DNA from: Octopus vulgaris
Taxonomy: Eukaryota
Direction of reading: 5' to 3'
NCBI GenBank assembly: GCA_951406725.2
Contig: OX597814.1
Span: forward strand, 61,752,001-61,816,000
DNA: 64,000 nucleotides
The number at the start of each line of letters is the position of its first letter. Position 1 is the first letter of the stretch. A program made the position numbers and the translations under genes. Positions 1 to 13,430 of this stretch are shown piece after piece. The notes below the pieces were generated by a model. That model saw nothing but the letters and a program-made list of their open reading frames with translations, did not search any database and had not been told where the DNA came from.

Positions 1-1229
1 GTTAGCAACCACATCTCCTCATTTAAGTTACGTCATAAAGCTGATTGCACCACACTTTCAAGTAAGATCTGGGAACTCAGAAATAATAATATTAAATATA
101 ACCTTAATTGGGAAATAGTTAGAAGAGCGATGCCTTATAGAAATAACAGGGTAGGTTGCCGACTCTGCTCCATGGAGACATATGAAATTCTAAGGCATAG
201 AAAAAATAAAAATTTGTTAAATAACCGTATAGAATTAGGTTATATCTTGTATTCACTCAAAAGTTAAGACTCTTAAATATTTTAAATAGAAATCGTATAG
301 AATAACCGTATGGAGCTAGGTCCATCTTGTTTTTACTAAAAAAGCAAAACTCTAATATATTTTAAATAGATATCTGTGAGCTCTTCCACTGGTGTTCTTT
401 CTAACTGTACCTGTTTTAGAACACAAAGAATTACATGGTATTTGTACGTTGCCAAACATTTTAATTGACTATATAGTTAATTTAATTTAATCTAATTTTA
501 ATCTAATTTAATTAACCCACTTAAATCAAATTCTATTCTAAGTTTAATAAATAATACTACTCCCTTAATAATAATACGAGGAATTTTCAATATGATTTTC
601 ACTATATTTTGAATAAACAATGCCCTCACACCTTTTACTATAGAAATTAATTGACCTCTAGGTATAGACCTAAAGTCTGTCTTACAATGTATAAACATTT
701 GTATAAACAGTAACAATAACAAATAAATAAATAACCTCCTGTTCAAGTATTGCACTTAAACCTCTTAATGTATTTTCCTCTACTGATAGCCTTTGACCCC
801 TTTGATACTTTCTTTTGTTCTCTTTATATTCTTATACCTGCTTTTAACTGTAGGATTGGCAGTTAACAGCTGTATGTTGGTCAAAAGTAATGTTCTCTTT
901 TATAAATCTAGATTCCTGCAACTCTGACCTAGATTTTCTGTCACCACAGAAATAAGCTATTCTTTGTAGGTTGTGTACTTTCACCCCTTCCTCTCATTTA
1001 TCCCATAATGCCCTATTTGGGCGGTTTTTGCTTCACTAACTTTTTTTAGCCAATATGGTCAATCTCTTCTTCCAACATAGTAGTTTTGTGAAATGAACAG
1101 AAGTGTGATCAGCATCTTCTCATATATCAGGAAATTACATCTACATTATTATGGATAAATTCATCGTCTCTGAGTATGAAATATCTCCTCATATCTCCGG
1201 AAATTACACCTGTATTATTATGGATGGAT

Positions 1230-1600
1230 TTACCTTTTCTGTGAAACTAACAAACTTTTTTAAAAACCTTTTATAAAACTGTGCATCATTAGAGAACTTT
1301 TGAAGTCTGCTTACAATCTAACTTTGCTTTTTATAGAACTCTCTTCGATACTTCATGAGTGTAGCTTCACCCCCTAGGATGTTTGGAAAACTCATATGTG
1401 TTTTGGTTGATGAATACGGGACACTTGTATTTGCTGCAATATTTGCAGCTTTTAATAAAGCTGTTCTTCGTATGAAACAATTGTACTGAACAACTAATCC
1501 ATTCTTGTTGCTTTTTTCTTGTTTATAATCACCCCCACATTATTTTATGGTTAATACCATATAGATTTCTGGTGCATCTAAGTTCAGTACCGCATTCATG
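1230..1600 (-). pseudogene. Possible decayed Penelope GIY-YIG endonuclease remnant
   Basis: Minus-strand EIYMVLTIK*CGGDY...FYKRFLKKFVSF loosely resembles the PLE Y.l.C..C...YIG...R..E..F pattern; heavily degenerate. Confidence 0.3.
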
Positions 1601-1643
1601 TGAATTCCTTGGAACTCACTTGAATCTTAATTGTTTTTACTGA

Positions 1644-1704
<61 letters not shown>

Positions 1705-2729
1705 TACTTGGAAATGGATGCGTGGCGTTCAATGAAATAATAATATAAATAATATATGTTCCTTTCTACGATGTTCTACCCAATTGATCATATGTATATT
1801 TGTAATGGCTTTTATGTAAGTCTCCTAATTATATATAAAATAAATAATAAATGCGCCCCTTTAAAGCCTAGCCAGGCTCATGGGCCCGGTTTCCCGGTTT
1901 TAATGGCGTATGTGTTCCCCAGCTGGATGTATAAATATTTATGTATGTGTGCATGTGTGCAAATAGATAAATATGTGTGTGTGTATCTGTACACGTCTTT
2001 ATTTTTTCTGATTCTTGGCTTATAATTAATATATAGATAGCATGTTTATCTTTCCAGCATTACATAAGTAAATGTCCAGAGCAGTTTTTATAGAAACCAC
2101 CTAATAAGTAAATAATTAAGTACATGAATGTATATTAAACTGATTCTATGTAATATCTCCTTTTTAATGCTGAAAATTGATGTATATACACATTTTACCT
2201 ATTGTGTTTATATCATTTTTGATAATCTTAAATTTTATCATTATACAACATAACAATATTGCTCATAAACAATCGCCCATAGTACTCCATGATAAAATTT
2301 CCCCTGTATTAACATCATAGGTTTTATTAGCGTCTTGCCCCTTTAACTGGTAATTAGTATCATGATTTAGGATCTTCTCCTACCCAGCCTCCTTTATAGA
2401 CAGTTACTTTATACTCAATTTTCTACTAATGTCTTGACAATACTTATGACTACACCTAGCTATGAGCTGTCACCCCACTCTTGCCCTTCATTCCAAATAG
2501 ACAGTCTTCTAGCCTTAGATTTAGTAGTTGATAAAAAGGTAAATGAATTATAAATCAACTACAATCCTTTACAGGCTATGACTCCAGTAAGCTTTATGTT
2601 TTTCTTGGAAGTGTAGTATATTCTTAACTACAATAGCGACAACATGGATTTCTTCCATTTTGTTGCTGTGTTAAAGTATTTGAGTAAAATTATATTAATG
2701 TGTCCGACTGATTAAAATTCTGTTTATTT

Positions 2730-2816
2730 ATGCAGCTGATGATACCCTGAATTTAAATAGTTGTAATGATTGCATTGTTCAATTAAATGGAGCCGCTTGA
2801 AACGGTTGTACTGCAT
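2730..2816 (+). ncRNA. Type I hammerhead ribozyme motif
   Basis: atgcag-CTGATGA-(56-nt imperfect helix II)-GAAA-cggttg-TA-ctgcat: perfect 6-bp helix I and GUA triplet; (TA)n starts ~30 nt downstream. Confidence 0.65.
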
Positions 2817-2845
2817 CACTTCTTGATATCCTGTTGCTTATTTTG

Positions 2846-2905
<60 letters not shown>

Positions 2906-3450
2906 CATATGGGCACAGGACGTCACCAACTCTAAACAACATGAAGTATGAAAACAAGCGAGTTAAATACGCAAACAACGAGAGAAAAAAATGAAAACAG
3001 GACAAGTAACACAAAGAACGTCCGCTATCTATCTACTCCTCGTTTCGAGCATTCGACGGCAATATGAGTCTTCGAAGACAGTTGCTCACATAACTTCCAA
3101 AATCAATTTTGAATTTTATGGGGGGGGGGGGGGGAAATAGTGAACGCTGCAAGAAATGTTTACTCTGAAAAGAGAAAAGATTGAAGATGTCCAGTCGTTA
3201 GAACGTCGTGTAGGAAAAAAAGATGGTCGATGGTCACGTGTAAGCAACGAGAGAGAGAAAAGGAGAAAGAGGGAATGAAAGAGAGACACCTAGAAAACAG
3301 TATATATGTATTTTAATATTTTGTGACAACTAGTACTTAACACAACAAATCTTATACAAAGCTTTAGATTTTACTTTTGACAATCTTTTTCTAAAAAAGT
3401 GAAACCGGTCAAGTGAATAAAGAACGTTAAAATTGCATTTTCAAACCTTC

Positions 3451-3454
<4 letters not shown>

Positions 3455-3536
<82 letters not shown>

Positions 3537-3740
3537 GTATATATATGTATATATATATATATGTATATATATATGTATATATGTATGTATATATGTATGT
3601 ATGTATGTATGCATGTATGTATGTATGCATGCATGTATGTATGTATGTATGTATGTATGTGCGTACATATATACACACACATGCGTACGTATGTATGTAC
3701 GTATATTCATACGTACATATGTATGTATGTATATATGTAT
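3455..3740. repeat. Compound (TA)n/(TATG)n microsatellite, representative of dozens in the window
   Basis: Direct inspection; similar tracts at ~1650, 2850, 4970, 11850, 22100, 24830, 37030, 41000, 47280-48750, 59230 and 60740. Confidence 0.95.
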
Positions 3741-5056
3741 ACAAACACATCTGATGGACTATGTAGTTCTTGCTTTATTTTCACCTTTGCAAAGTAGCTA
3801 TGAAGTGAATATATTGGACTGAAGAATTCTACTCGAATCAAGTGTTGCTAGTAAACTTACCCATCTAAATGAAAATTGTAGCAAGTTGCCTAAATGACTG
3901 TGCCTTGTTTTAAAACGACTTTACTGCTACAAATCCATACACAAAGCTAATCTATCAAATGATTACTTAATTCTCTTTGGCTTCACCAGATCTGCTTTAT
4001 TCTCTGACATTTTCTTTCAGCGGTTAGCATATTCAAGAAATTTTATTTTCGCTTGACTTCACCGATCTGGCTGGAATTCAAAATTCTATTATGAATGCTC
4101 TGCTCACTGATCACACTTTTATTTTTACCATATCTCTAATTAATTAAGGCAATCAATGGATGTCTGTCGTTGTTGTATCAATCTACAAAAATAAAGTAAT
4201 AAATTCAACCTTTAGAACTACATCAATTACCTCAAATATTGTTGAACAGCTATATTACAAATGCTGTAATAATTCAATTTTCTCCGCTCTGTTAGAATTT
4301 TTATCTCGCCACTCAACCACTAACAAATTCAGTCTATTTATTCACCAAACGTCGTCTCATCTTAAAAATAAAATTTTTAAAAAGTCTACCTTCATACTTT
4401 TTCAATTTGACTGTTTATGAAATATGTAATCTTGTTTTAACGTAGTCAGATAACTTCTTGGAAAAATTCAAACTTTTAGAGTCACTATTGCAAAATCTGA
4501 TTTACATACACAATATACCTGATTTATCCCTAGGAAGTATAATATTCTAAGTTTATATATTTACATTACTGATACTTTTATTGATCCTGATACGTCGATT
4601 TCACGTAACTCTCGTTGCATCAGCTACATTACAATTTATTACCACTGGTTTCTCTATACATATTACCAGTGGTTTATCTATGCGTATTACCACTGGATTC
4701 TCTGTGATTACTATCATTGATTCCGATATTTGTGCTATCCTACAGAAACAGTATCATGACCTAAATCATATTTCAGATTGGACTTGAAACGTTAGAGAAA
4801 GATATGCGTTCGAAAAATAATGACCGTGATACTTTTGCAAATGATCAAACAACCGTAATACTGTCATCAGATTTATTCAAGGTGGTAATGTATACAAAAT
4901 TATTTCACCAAGCAAGCAATAAGACAGTCTATTGAAGTTGTGAATAAACAAAAGCTAAAGTTTCCCTATATATATGCATGTATATATACATATATATGTA
5001 GGTATGTACGTATATGTATATATGCATATATATATAAATAATTATATATATATATG

Positions 5057-5146
<90 letters not shown>

Positions 5147-5964
5147 TCCCTATTTTTCAATGTCTCACCAAGTTGCTTGTACTAAGTATATCCAAGGAAG
5201 GTAGTAGTGAGAAACTACAAAAGTGAGTTGCGTAAATTATCCTGAAATAGCATTTTTGCCAACACTTTGATTATACAAAATTACATTTACTTATTCTTCA
5301 TATTTCAAAGAATTCTTATTTAACTTCATACACACACACATACACACACACACGTGCGCGCGCGCATATATATATGAACTTAAGTAAGAATTCTTTCAAA
5401 TATGAAGAACAAGTAAATGTAATTTTGTATATATGCATATATATATACATATATATATATATATAATATAAATAATATATAAATATATTCATATATACAT
5501 ACATATAGGTACATACCTGCATATATATGTATATATACATGCATATATGGGTACTGGACATCAAGAACCGTAGACAAAATGTTCTTCCTTTCTGTTTTTC
5601 TCTCCCACTCTTTCTCTATTCTTCTCCTTTCCCCTTCACCGTACCCCCTCTCTCTCTCACTCTTCCTCCTTGACTCTCTTGTTGCTCACACGTGACCAAC
5701 GACCATCCATCTTTCTTTCTTCCACTTCCTTCCTAAAGATATGATGTGCTTTTATCTATCTCTTCTCAAAGCTCGTTTTACAAGCGTTAACCACTTCACA
5801 TCGTCTTGGCTTAACAGCCCTGACCGTGTGTTTTTACTGTTTTGTTCTCACTGTCTTGTTTTTGTTACCACTTTCACCCCCCGCAGAGAATCCCAAGTAT
5901 ATAGATGTATATATATATATATGCAATAGTTTTGTTAAGCAAAGTCGATTTTTACAATTCTGTA

Positions 5965-6057
<93 letters not shown>

Positions 6058-6075
6058 AAGAAGAATGATAATAAT

Positions 6076-6625
6076 AAATGCCCTGATGCAGTACCAGGCA
6101 GTGGCTCTCATGGCTTCTGATCTTAACTGATTGGAAGTGTTATCATGTACATTGTTTTGTCTTGGTATAAAAGATGGGCTACAGCAAATATTCTGCTCAA
6201 TACCACAGATTTGCTTGTCAGTTGTTTACCTTAACCAGTTGAGCATGTCCCTTAGTGGCTGACGATATGTGCATCTCTGATCACGAGCAGAAGTAGTGGG
6301 GGAGCATCATAGCCATGTGTTGAGAAGGATTCTTTGGGGTTTGAATAATTCACCTCTGGAAACATGGGTGGTTCTTTCAACATCCTTAAACAACCCTTAT
6401 TCAGGGACCTTTTGAGCGGGATGGGCTACTCAACCTGAAGAAAATTCTAACTGGGCCCCACCTGCAAGGTCATGTGCTGTTTATCTTGATATGAGATCAC
6501 CATGTCGCGCACATATGGTTGTGATGCATGTGCCTGGTGTACCCTTATCAGACGGGTAGTCATATTGGGCTTCGTATATTTTACACTCCAGTGTCACTTT
6601 GATGGCATGAACTGCTCTCTCACTC
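6076..6625 (+). repeat. ~550-bp non-coding interspersed repeat embedded in (AAT)n
   Basis: Flanked by (AAT)n/(AAG)n 5' and (AAT)n 3'; second copy with the same start at 40160-40455, also after (AAT)n. Confidence 0.8.
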
Positions 6626-6704
<79 letters not shown>

Positions 6705-6799
6705 GTATTTTATAAGCTTAAAGCGATCGCCACGCAATGAAGAAAGAAAATAGTTTAATAATGGGGAATATGAGCCCCTCGACAGAAAAAAAAGTTTTC

Positions 6800-6872
6800 C
6801 CGTACGCGTGGGACTCGCACTACACCTCTTTGTTTACGCGACCAAGTGTGCTACCGATTACACCATCGAACC
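6800..6872 (-). other. tRNA(Gln)-like degenerate sequence inside a repeat
   Basis: Minus strand ggttcgatggtgtaatcggtagcacacttgg...gtgcgagtcccac resembles the tRNA-Gln 5' half and A box; B box degenerate, no full cloverleaf. Confidence 0.45.
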
Positions 6873-9800
6873 AACCTCCTATTTTCCTTCAGATTTAAGA
6901 ACTATAATTAGTTCATAGTTGTTTTTGCAAACATACTTTCATGTGCTTTCACTGCGATGGTTTTGTTAAGCAGTGTCGATTTTTATAATTCTGTAAGCCA
7001 TAATAATAGTATTTTAAAATTTAAAGCTTATAGCGATAACCGCGCAATGACTAAAGAAAATAGCAATGATCTGCATAGGTATAGCCATTTTCAATAAATA
7101 TGTTGACTAAAAAACATAATAATTTATAAGCAATAATGGTAGATCAATAGTAGAATCGACAGAGCAAAAAATTTTGCGGTGCTTAATCAGAATCTTTATG
7201 TCTTCTGTTCAATTACCACAGTGAGTCTACTTCACTTTTTTTATCATTCCTGTTTCGATAAAATAAGTATCACCCAAGTATCGTCATCGATTTAATCGAC
7301 CTTGACCTCCCTCCGGTATCTATTGTCACGTGTTACTATTAGAAATAATGAAACAGATATAACTCTTGTATTGGATATATATTTTTATGATGAATAATAT
7401 TTACCGGGTGTATAAACTCGAATATTTTTCTCAGAAGAGAGTTTATAGAATTTCCTTTCCTTCTTTCTATCTTTCTTTTTCTTTTTCTTTTTCTCTTTTC
7501 TTTTTTCATTCCTTCTTTCTTTCTTTCTTTCATTCTTTCTTTCTTTTCTTTCGTTTTCCAATAAAACATTTCTATAAACAGTTGTTGCTGTTTAGTCCCG
7601 AAGTCAAACTTGATTGAGCTAACCTCTGATCACAAGCACCCACTAGTGAGTATTATAAGTTTTAAGGAACCTCAAAGAATCTGTTATCCAACGTACCTTT
7701 CTTTCATTAAGATAGCTAGGGTTTATTTGAGGTAGGTGTATCTGCCATTTCTAGCAGGTCGAACGATTATTCATAGGCTATCTTGGATTGTTCTAGTTAA
7801 AAAAAATATACGGATTAAATTTTTTTCCTTTTTGTCTGTCGATATCAAAGGCAACTAAAACATGTTAAGATATATTACATTTTCTTTGGAACCAACATAT
7901 TTAAGGTACTCACTCCTCCCTTGGTCAGAATATCAGATTACTTTTGATTTCCTATTTGGAAAGTGGACATCTCTTCGTATTCGTTACTTCAAACCAGCGC
8001 TTTAAGTCCAGCACTTAAACCTAATGAAAAACCTGTTATATTTACCGTTTCGTGTACTTCGTACACAAGTTGTTTTAACAGAGACACAGATCTCGAACCA
8101 AAATACGATTAAATCTTTGCTTGAATTTCCGAGAAGAAATTATGATAATATTTCTGCTGACAGTAAGATGATAAATTTTTAAATGCCACCTTTAATAAGA
8201 AATATATTCATTTTTGAAAGAATTAGAAAGTTAATAACTTTAGCTATAGCTTAATTTTCAGAAAAATAGATGTTAAGTGTTTTTTAATTGGATAAATTAT
8301 TGAAATTTAGGTTGTCTTTCTCAGTGAAGATTTAATAAATAATTTCTTAGTATTGGTAAATTGAAAACGCTAGAGGTATTTTAGTTCATATCCTGCAAAC
8401 TCAGTACATACATTGTGCAAAATTTACATTTACTTTGATAACTTCTCGGCAAACAAGTTTCCTAATCAAGGTTCTGTTTTCATCATTATTATGTGTCTTT
8501 TTCAATGCCTTGAAGGAAACTTGGCTACTGTTTCTTGCTCATCAAGTAACCAAGTAAAAGCTCTCATATTTGAGAATATATGCGTTTATATTTCTGGCAG
8601 AAGATGAAAGTCAAAGGGAATTAATAAGTCGCAATGATTATTTTCATTCGCGATAATGAATGCTTTCATGAATTTTTTTTATAACATTTCCTAATCGCTG
8701 TGTGCCAACAAATATTCAAGTGGTAAATAATATATTTACGTTACAAACAGCAGAATTGACTATTTTACTGACTGGAGGATTTTGAAAATAAGGGACCTAA
8801 AAATAAATAGTTTGAGGTGGCAGAAAGAACTGTATTCAATAAAGACAAAATAGGTTTATGGCTGAATTAACTGCTTTACTCACTGAACATTTTAGTAAAT
8901 ATGCCGCTATTTTTATTATCTTTTGCCTTTCATCATATAGTCCGGTCTCTTGTATTTGCGAGTGAAATATTCATAGTCAACTTTTTTCAGTGGCCTACGA
9001 GGAAAAATAAACTATGATCAAAAACAGAATACGAACCTTATTTTTTCTTACGTTGCACATATGAACTCAATGAATTAATTCAAATGAGTTCATATTTTTC
9101 ATTTCGTTTCTATAAATAGATTTCTTGCAAGCCAATTCGATCTGAGGATAGCGAGTAATGGACGGACAGAGAATCACGTCATTTATTATAATATACATTA
9201 TATGTAGAATTATTAGAGCAACTGAAGTCATCTTCATTTTTCATTATTCTGGGTTGATAAAATAAAGCACCAGTCATAAAATAAAACACTTGTTAAGAGA
9301 CCAACTGCAACAAAAAATTCTGACTGTGTATCCATGTTAGAAACGACTGTTACACACTGGTATACTCCGACTCGTCTCTAAGAGGAAGGTATTAGTTCAA
9401 ATATATTCGTAAATAATTAACAAAAGATTTGTGAAACCTTCGGGGGCAAGGTCCTTAATCAAAAATTAAACCAGGAACAACTAACATCTGACATGATAGA
9501 AATTCAAATCTATTATTCTGTCGAACTAATATAACAACAGCTTACTTGATTACGTGGTTGCATTGAAAGAAGAAATTTAATTTCCATCTTGGTTAATTAA
9601 TGAAATGAAAGCCTACCTAGAATGTAAATGACACCAAAGTTTAATCCTTAGGTCTGTATTATTAAAAGCTAAAGCAGATTCGTTTGGTTTACATTCGCTT
9701 TCGTTGATATCTCATGCTGTGCTATACACTGATTGGCTGGTGGGGGTGAGGAGGAAGAGAAGGAAGAGGGAAATAAACAAACTGATATATAGCTATTTCT

Positions 9801-10627
9801 TGTTTCCTGATTATTGCATGCTGTAATCGAGCTATGAAATTAATTAGTCGACTCATGCAAACGAATTACATTTACGATACATTTACAAGTCAGGGAATTT
9901 CAGACAGATGGCTCAACCTGGTAGAAACATCAACTAAATCTTTCTCAAATCACACCCTGTCGTCTTATATAAGGATAGGGCTCATTAATGTTGTCTTACA
10001 CACCTCTAAAATGAAGATGGGATTATCATGGATGAATGCCTTTGTTAACAGGTCTGCTCGATCATGGTTAGTGAGGTTCAACAACAACAACAGCAGCAGC
10101 AACAATATATGCTCTACAAAACCGAATGATACGAACGTTAGCAATCTATTTATTTGGTGGTACACTTAAGTTTCACGTGGCCTGCAGTAAAACTAACCAA
10201 AGCATTGTCAAGTTTAAAAGTACACTTAAGTTTCACATGGCCTGCTATAAAACTAGCCAAAAACATAGTTAAGAATAAAAGTAATTTTATCAAATATAGT
10301 CTATAACTAAAGATTTCTAGTCTCAATATTTTTTACACTCTATCTGAAAAAAAATCATCCTATAAAATTTTACAGTTAAATTACACTAGAAAAAGTATTC
10401 TGTTTCAAATAAAATTATTCCAGCCTTGCGCCATGGAAACGTGTTGAGTCATTATTTTGTTTGACATCGTTTTACAACAAACGAATGCCATGTTTTCATG
10501 CTTATATTACATTAAAGTTATGACAAATGTATTTTCTAACAGGAAACATCACAGTTAATTAATGTCTAAATATCTGAGACGAATTAATAAGATTATAGTT
10601 TTTCGAACTAGTCAGCTCTTTTATGTA

Positions 10628-11846
10628 CAGGATGGGTAAGATATTTGAGGACAGATTTATATTTATAAAAAAAAACCCCAGATATATAGCAACAGATAAT
10701 AAATTTATTTATCGAAAAATTCTATGTGGATAAAAATAAATCTTTTCAATAATGTTATTCAATAAAGCCACCTTCAGCTTCAACAACTGCTTCTATATGA
10801 GATCTAAATCATCTACATGCTTGAATCAAGTGGTCCTGGACATTAATCTGACAATAGCAGCTTTCAAAGTATCTTTGGTGTTATGGAGTGTTCATTGACC
10901 TCTTTCTCCAATGCTCCACATGTAATAGTCCAATGGATTGAGATCAGGGGAATCAGGAGGCCAAATGTTAGGGGTTATGTGATCATGAAAATTTTCAGAC
11001 ATCCACTCTTGTGTTACTAGGATCATGTGTGATAGTACAGAGTCTTACTGAAACACATATGGCCTTCCATTGCATACACTGTCTATCCAGGGCTTAAAAA
11101 TTATTTCCAGGACCTCAAAGTAGGCGGCAGAGTTAACTCCAAGGCCTTGTCCTTCATTGCTGACAACCCCTAAAACCATGACAGTTGCAGGAAATTTTGT
11201 GTGCATAACACTTGGAACTTCAGAAGGGTGTGCACATAGCCATCAGTAATTTTTTGCTAACTTTTTGATCTTGGTTGAAGTTTTTCTAGCTTGAGAAAAA
11301 CCAAGTCGAATCTTCTTCTGCTGGATTTTTCAGTTTATTTAAGAGCCTTTTAGACCTGATGTAATGAGTTTCTTTTGCTTTTTCTGACAAATTGACCTTT
11401 CCGCGTCAAATAAAATTTATATCTGGTATCTTCGTGGACAACATTTCTGACTGTTCCTTCTGATACATGGAGATCTTTTGCAATTGACCTCATGGACTTT
11501 CTGGGTTTGTAATGAATGGTCTATTGAACTTGTTGGATAAATTCAGGTGTTCTGATAATTTCAGAGCGTTTAGAATGCTTTTTATGCTTTAATACTGGTG
11601 ATATGTTTCTATCTTCAGTCTCTAGCTCCTTTGTAGACGAAAGATCTGGTAACTTTTAAAAATCGAGATATTTCTAAATCGCTATGCTCAGCCTTTATAA
11701 CCACAATAACAGCATGCCTCTTCCTTTCATGAGTAAGCTGAGGGACTGGCATTATTATTTTCTGAAACAAAGATTATACAGAGTTAGCAAAAAATGCAGC
11801 AATGGCCCACCCACCCAAAGTTATGTCCTCAAATACCTTACGCACC

Positions 11847-11849
<3 letters not shown>
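10628..11849 (-). mobile_element. Tc1/mariner superfamily DD37D (maT-type) transposon, decayed
   Basis: Imperfect TIRs caggatgggtaagatatttgaggaca / tgtcctcaaataccttacgcaccctg with TA on both sides. Minus-strand VFQ*DSVLSH...WPPDSPDLNPLDYYMW has 37 residues between the 2nd and 3rd catalytic D; in-frame stops present. Confidence 0.88.
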
Positions 11850-11938
<89 letters not shown>

Positions 11939-12349
11939 TATGCATGTATGTGTGTGTGTGTGTGTGGGTGGGTGGTAGTGCGTGTGTGTGTTTTACATTT
12001 ACACTAAATTTTAATCTGTTTCTTCCCTGATCGTCATCGGATACTTTATTTATTAATATGAACACCCCGTACGGGACAAAATTCTATCTTAACCCCGTAT
12101 AATAACATTCTCTTCCACAAGGTTAGAGATGCATCTGCATTCGAGTGTTTTAAACTTTAGTTTCAAAATTTTAAGCTGGTGCACTATGCACACGGAAGAG
12201 CGAGTTGGGGAGTGAGCAGGAGAACAACTGTCCTCTCAAAGTCGGACGGAACAATACTGAAAATTTAGGCAAAACAATAAGAAAAAATATCGGATAGGAA
12301 AAGACAAACGTTTAACAAAATAGCAAAAGCAGGTAAATTAGGTGCCGGT

Positions 12350-12482
12350 CACTAGCGTAGCTAGGGGGCGGGGATGTAGGGGCGGTGTGCCCCGGGCGGC
12401 ACTTTTAAAGAGCACCACTTTTGGATCTGCTGTAGATATTTTGTGTTTTATGTAGGGGCCGGAGGCGGCACATACGCTAGTG
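12350..12482. mobile_element. hAT-type MITE
   Basis: TIR cactagcgta / tacgctagtg; 8-bp flanks gtgccggt / gtgctggc match at 6 of 8 positions, consistent with an aged 8-bp TSD. Confidence 0.65.
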
Positions 12483-12941
12483 GTGCTGGCAAATAGACAA
12501 TCAAAGTTCTTGATAAAGAGCCTTTCTAAAATTCTTCCCCCGCCCCTCATTCATTACTGGTTTCGCTATATCTGGTAGGCAACATCCCCGAGACTAGACT
12601 AAATCAGTCTATTTTGATTCAATTTAGTGAATCGAAGAAATTTATTCGGGTGTCGATTTTGAGAGATTTAAAAAGTGGGTGACTAAAACCTTTACCTTTG
12701 CTTAGCCATGACATTTACAAACCTTCATGCAAGCTCTTGTAATGTGTTCATGCATACTATTTATTTTAGTTTTCAAAACTTAAAAAAAGATTTAAAAAAC
12801 CAGTTCACAAAGCATGCAAATTGTGCTTGTTATTGGCAAGCCATGAGGAAGTGGATAATCTGCCGAGCGAACGGAAAACACGAAATATCGGTGTTAAGCT
12901 AAATATTGTTCATAACAGTCAGTAGTACAGAACACCGATCC

Positions 12942-13430
12942 AGTATGGATTCTTTTGGCCTCCACTCATAGCCATGTTACTTTAGTGCTGACCGACTACC
13001 ATACCATGCCGCCGTTAACGAAATCATAAAACATGGCGTAGATGCCACAAGCTTCTCTTCCCAGCTTGAGTCAGCGAGGGTAGACCGCGGGGACGGTAAA
13101 AGGCCTGACGGTATGACAATCCTCTTGTTCTGTGACGATAGGCCCCTCATCTTAGATGTCACATGCTGTGACACACCCAGCGGAAACTTGTTTAACCACC
13201 AGCCCAGGGTCGGCTCCTGTCAGGCTGAGAAGAGCAAACTGTCAAAGTATCGGTCGCACTCTGACAGGTTTATAGTTGAGCCTGTGGCAATGGGAAGCTC
13301 CGACGTTCTCGACCTCTGGAACAAATCCCTACTCACCACTATCGAGGCGGAGATTGCTTTCCGCAAGTGCGAGCCTCGTGAGTCAGAGTGGTTGTTCTTC
13401 TTCGCCATCCTTTTCTATTTTGTCTACTGG
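12942..13430 (+). mobile_element. CRE-clade non-LTR retrotransposon fragment (restriction-like endonuclease region)
   Basis: Translation GLHS*PC...YHAAVNEIIKH...LE...DRGDGKRPDGMT...LILDVTCCDT...AEKSKLSKY...FIVEPVAM fits the CRE-type RPDG/D endonuclease. Confidence 0.72.

Noticed and set aside
3855-3878. Minus-strand ttttcatttag|ATGG|gtaagt resembling a 4-nt microexon
   Set aside because: No supporting gene context; expected by chance in AT-rich DNA.
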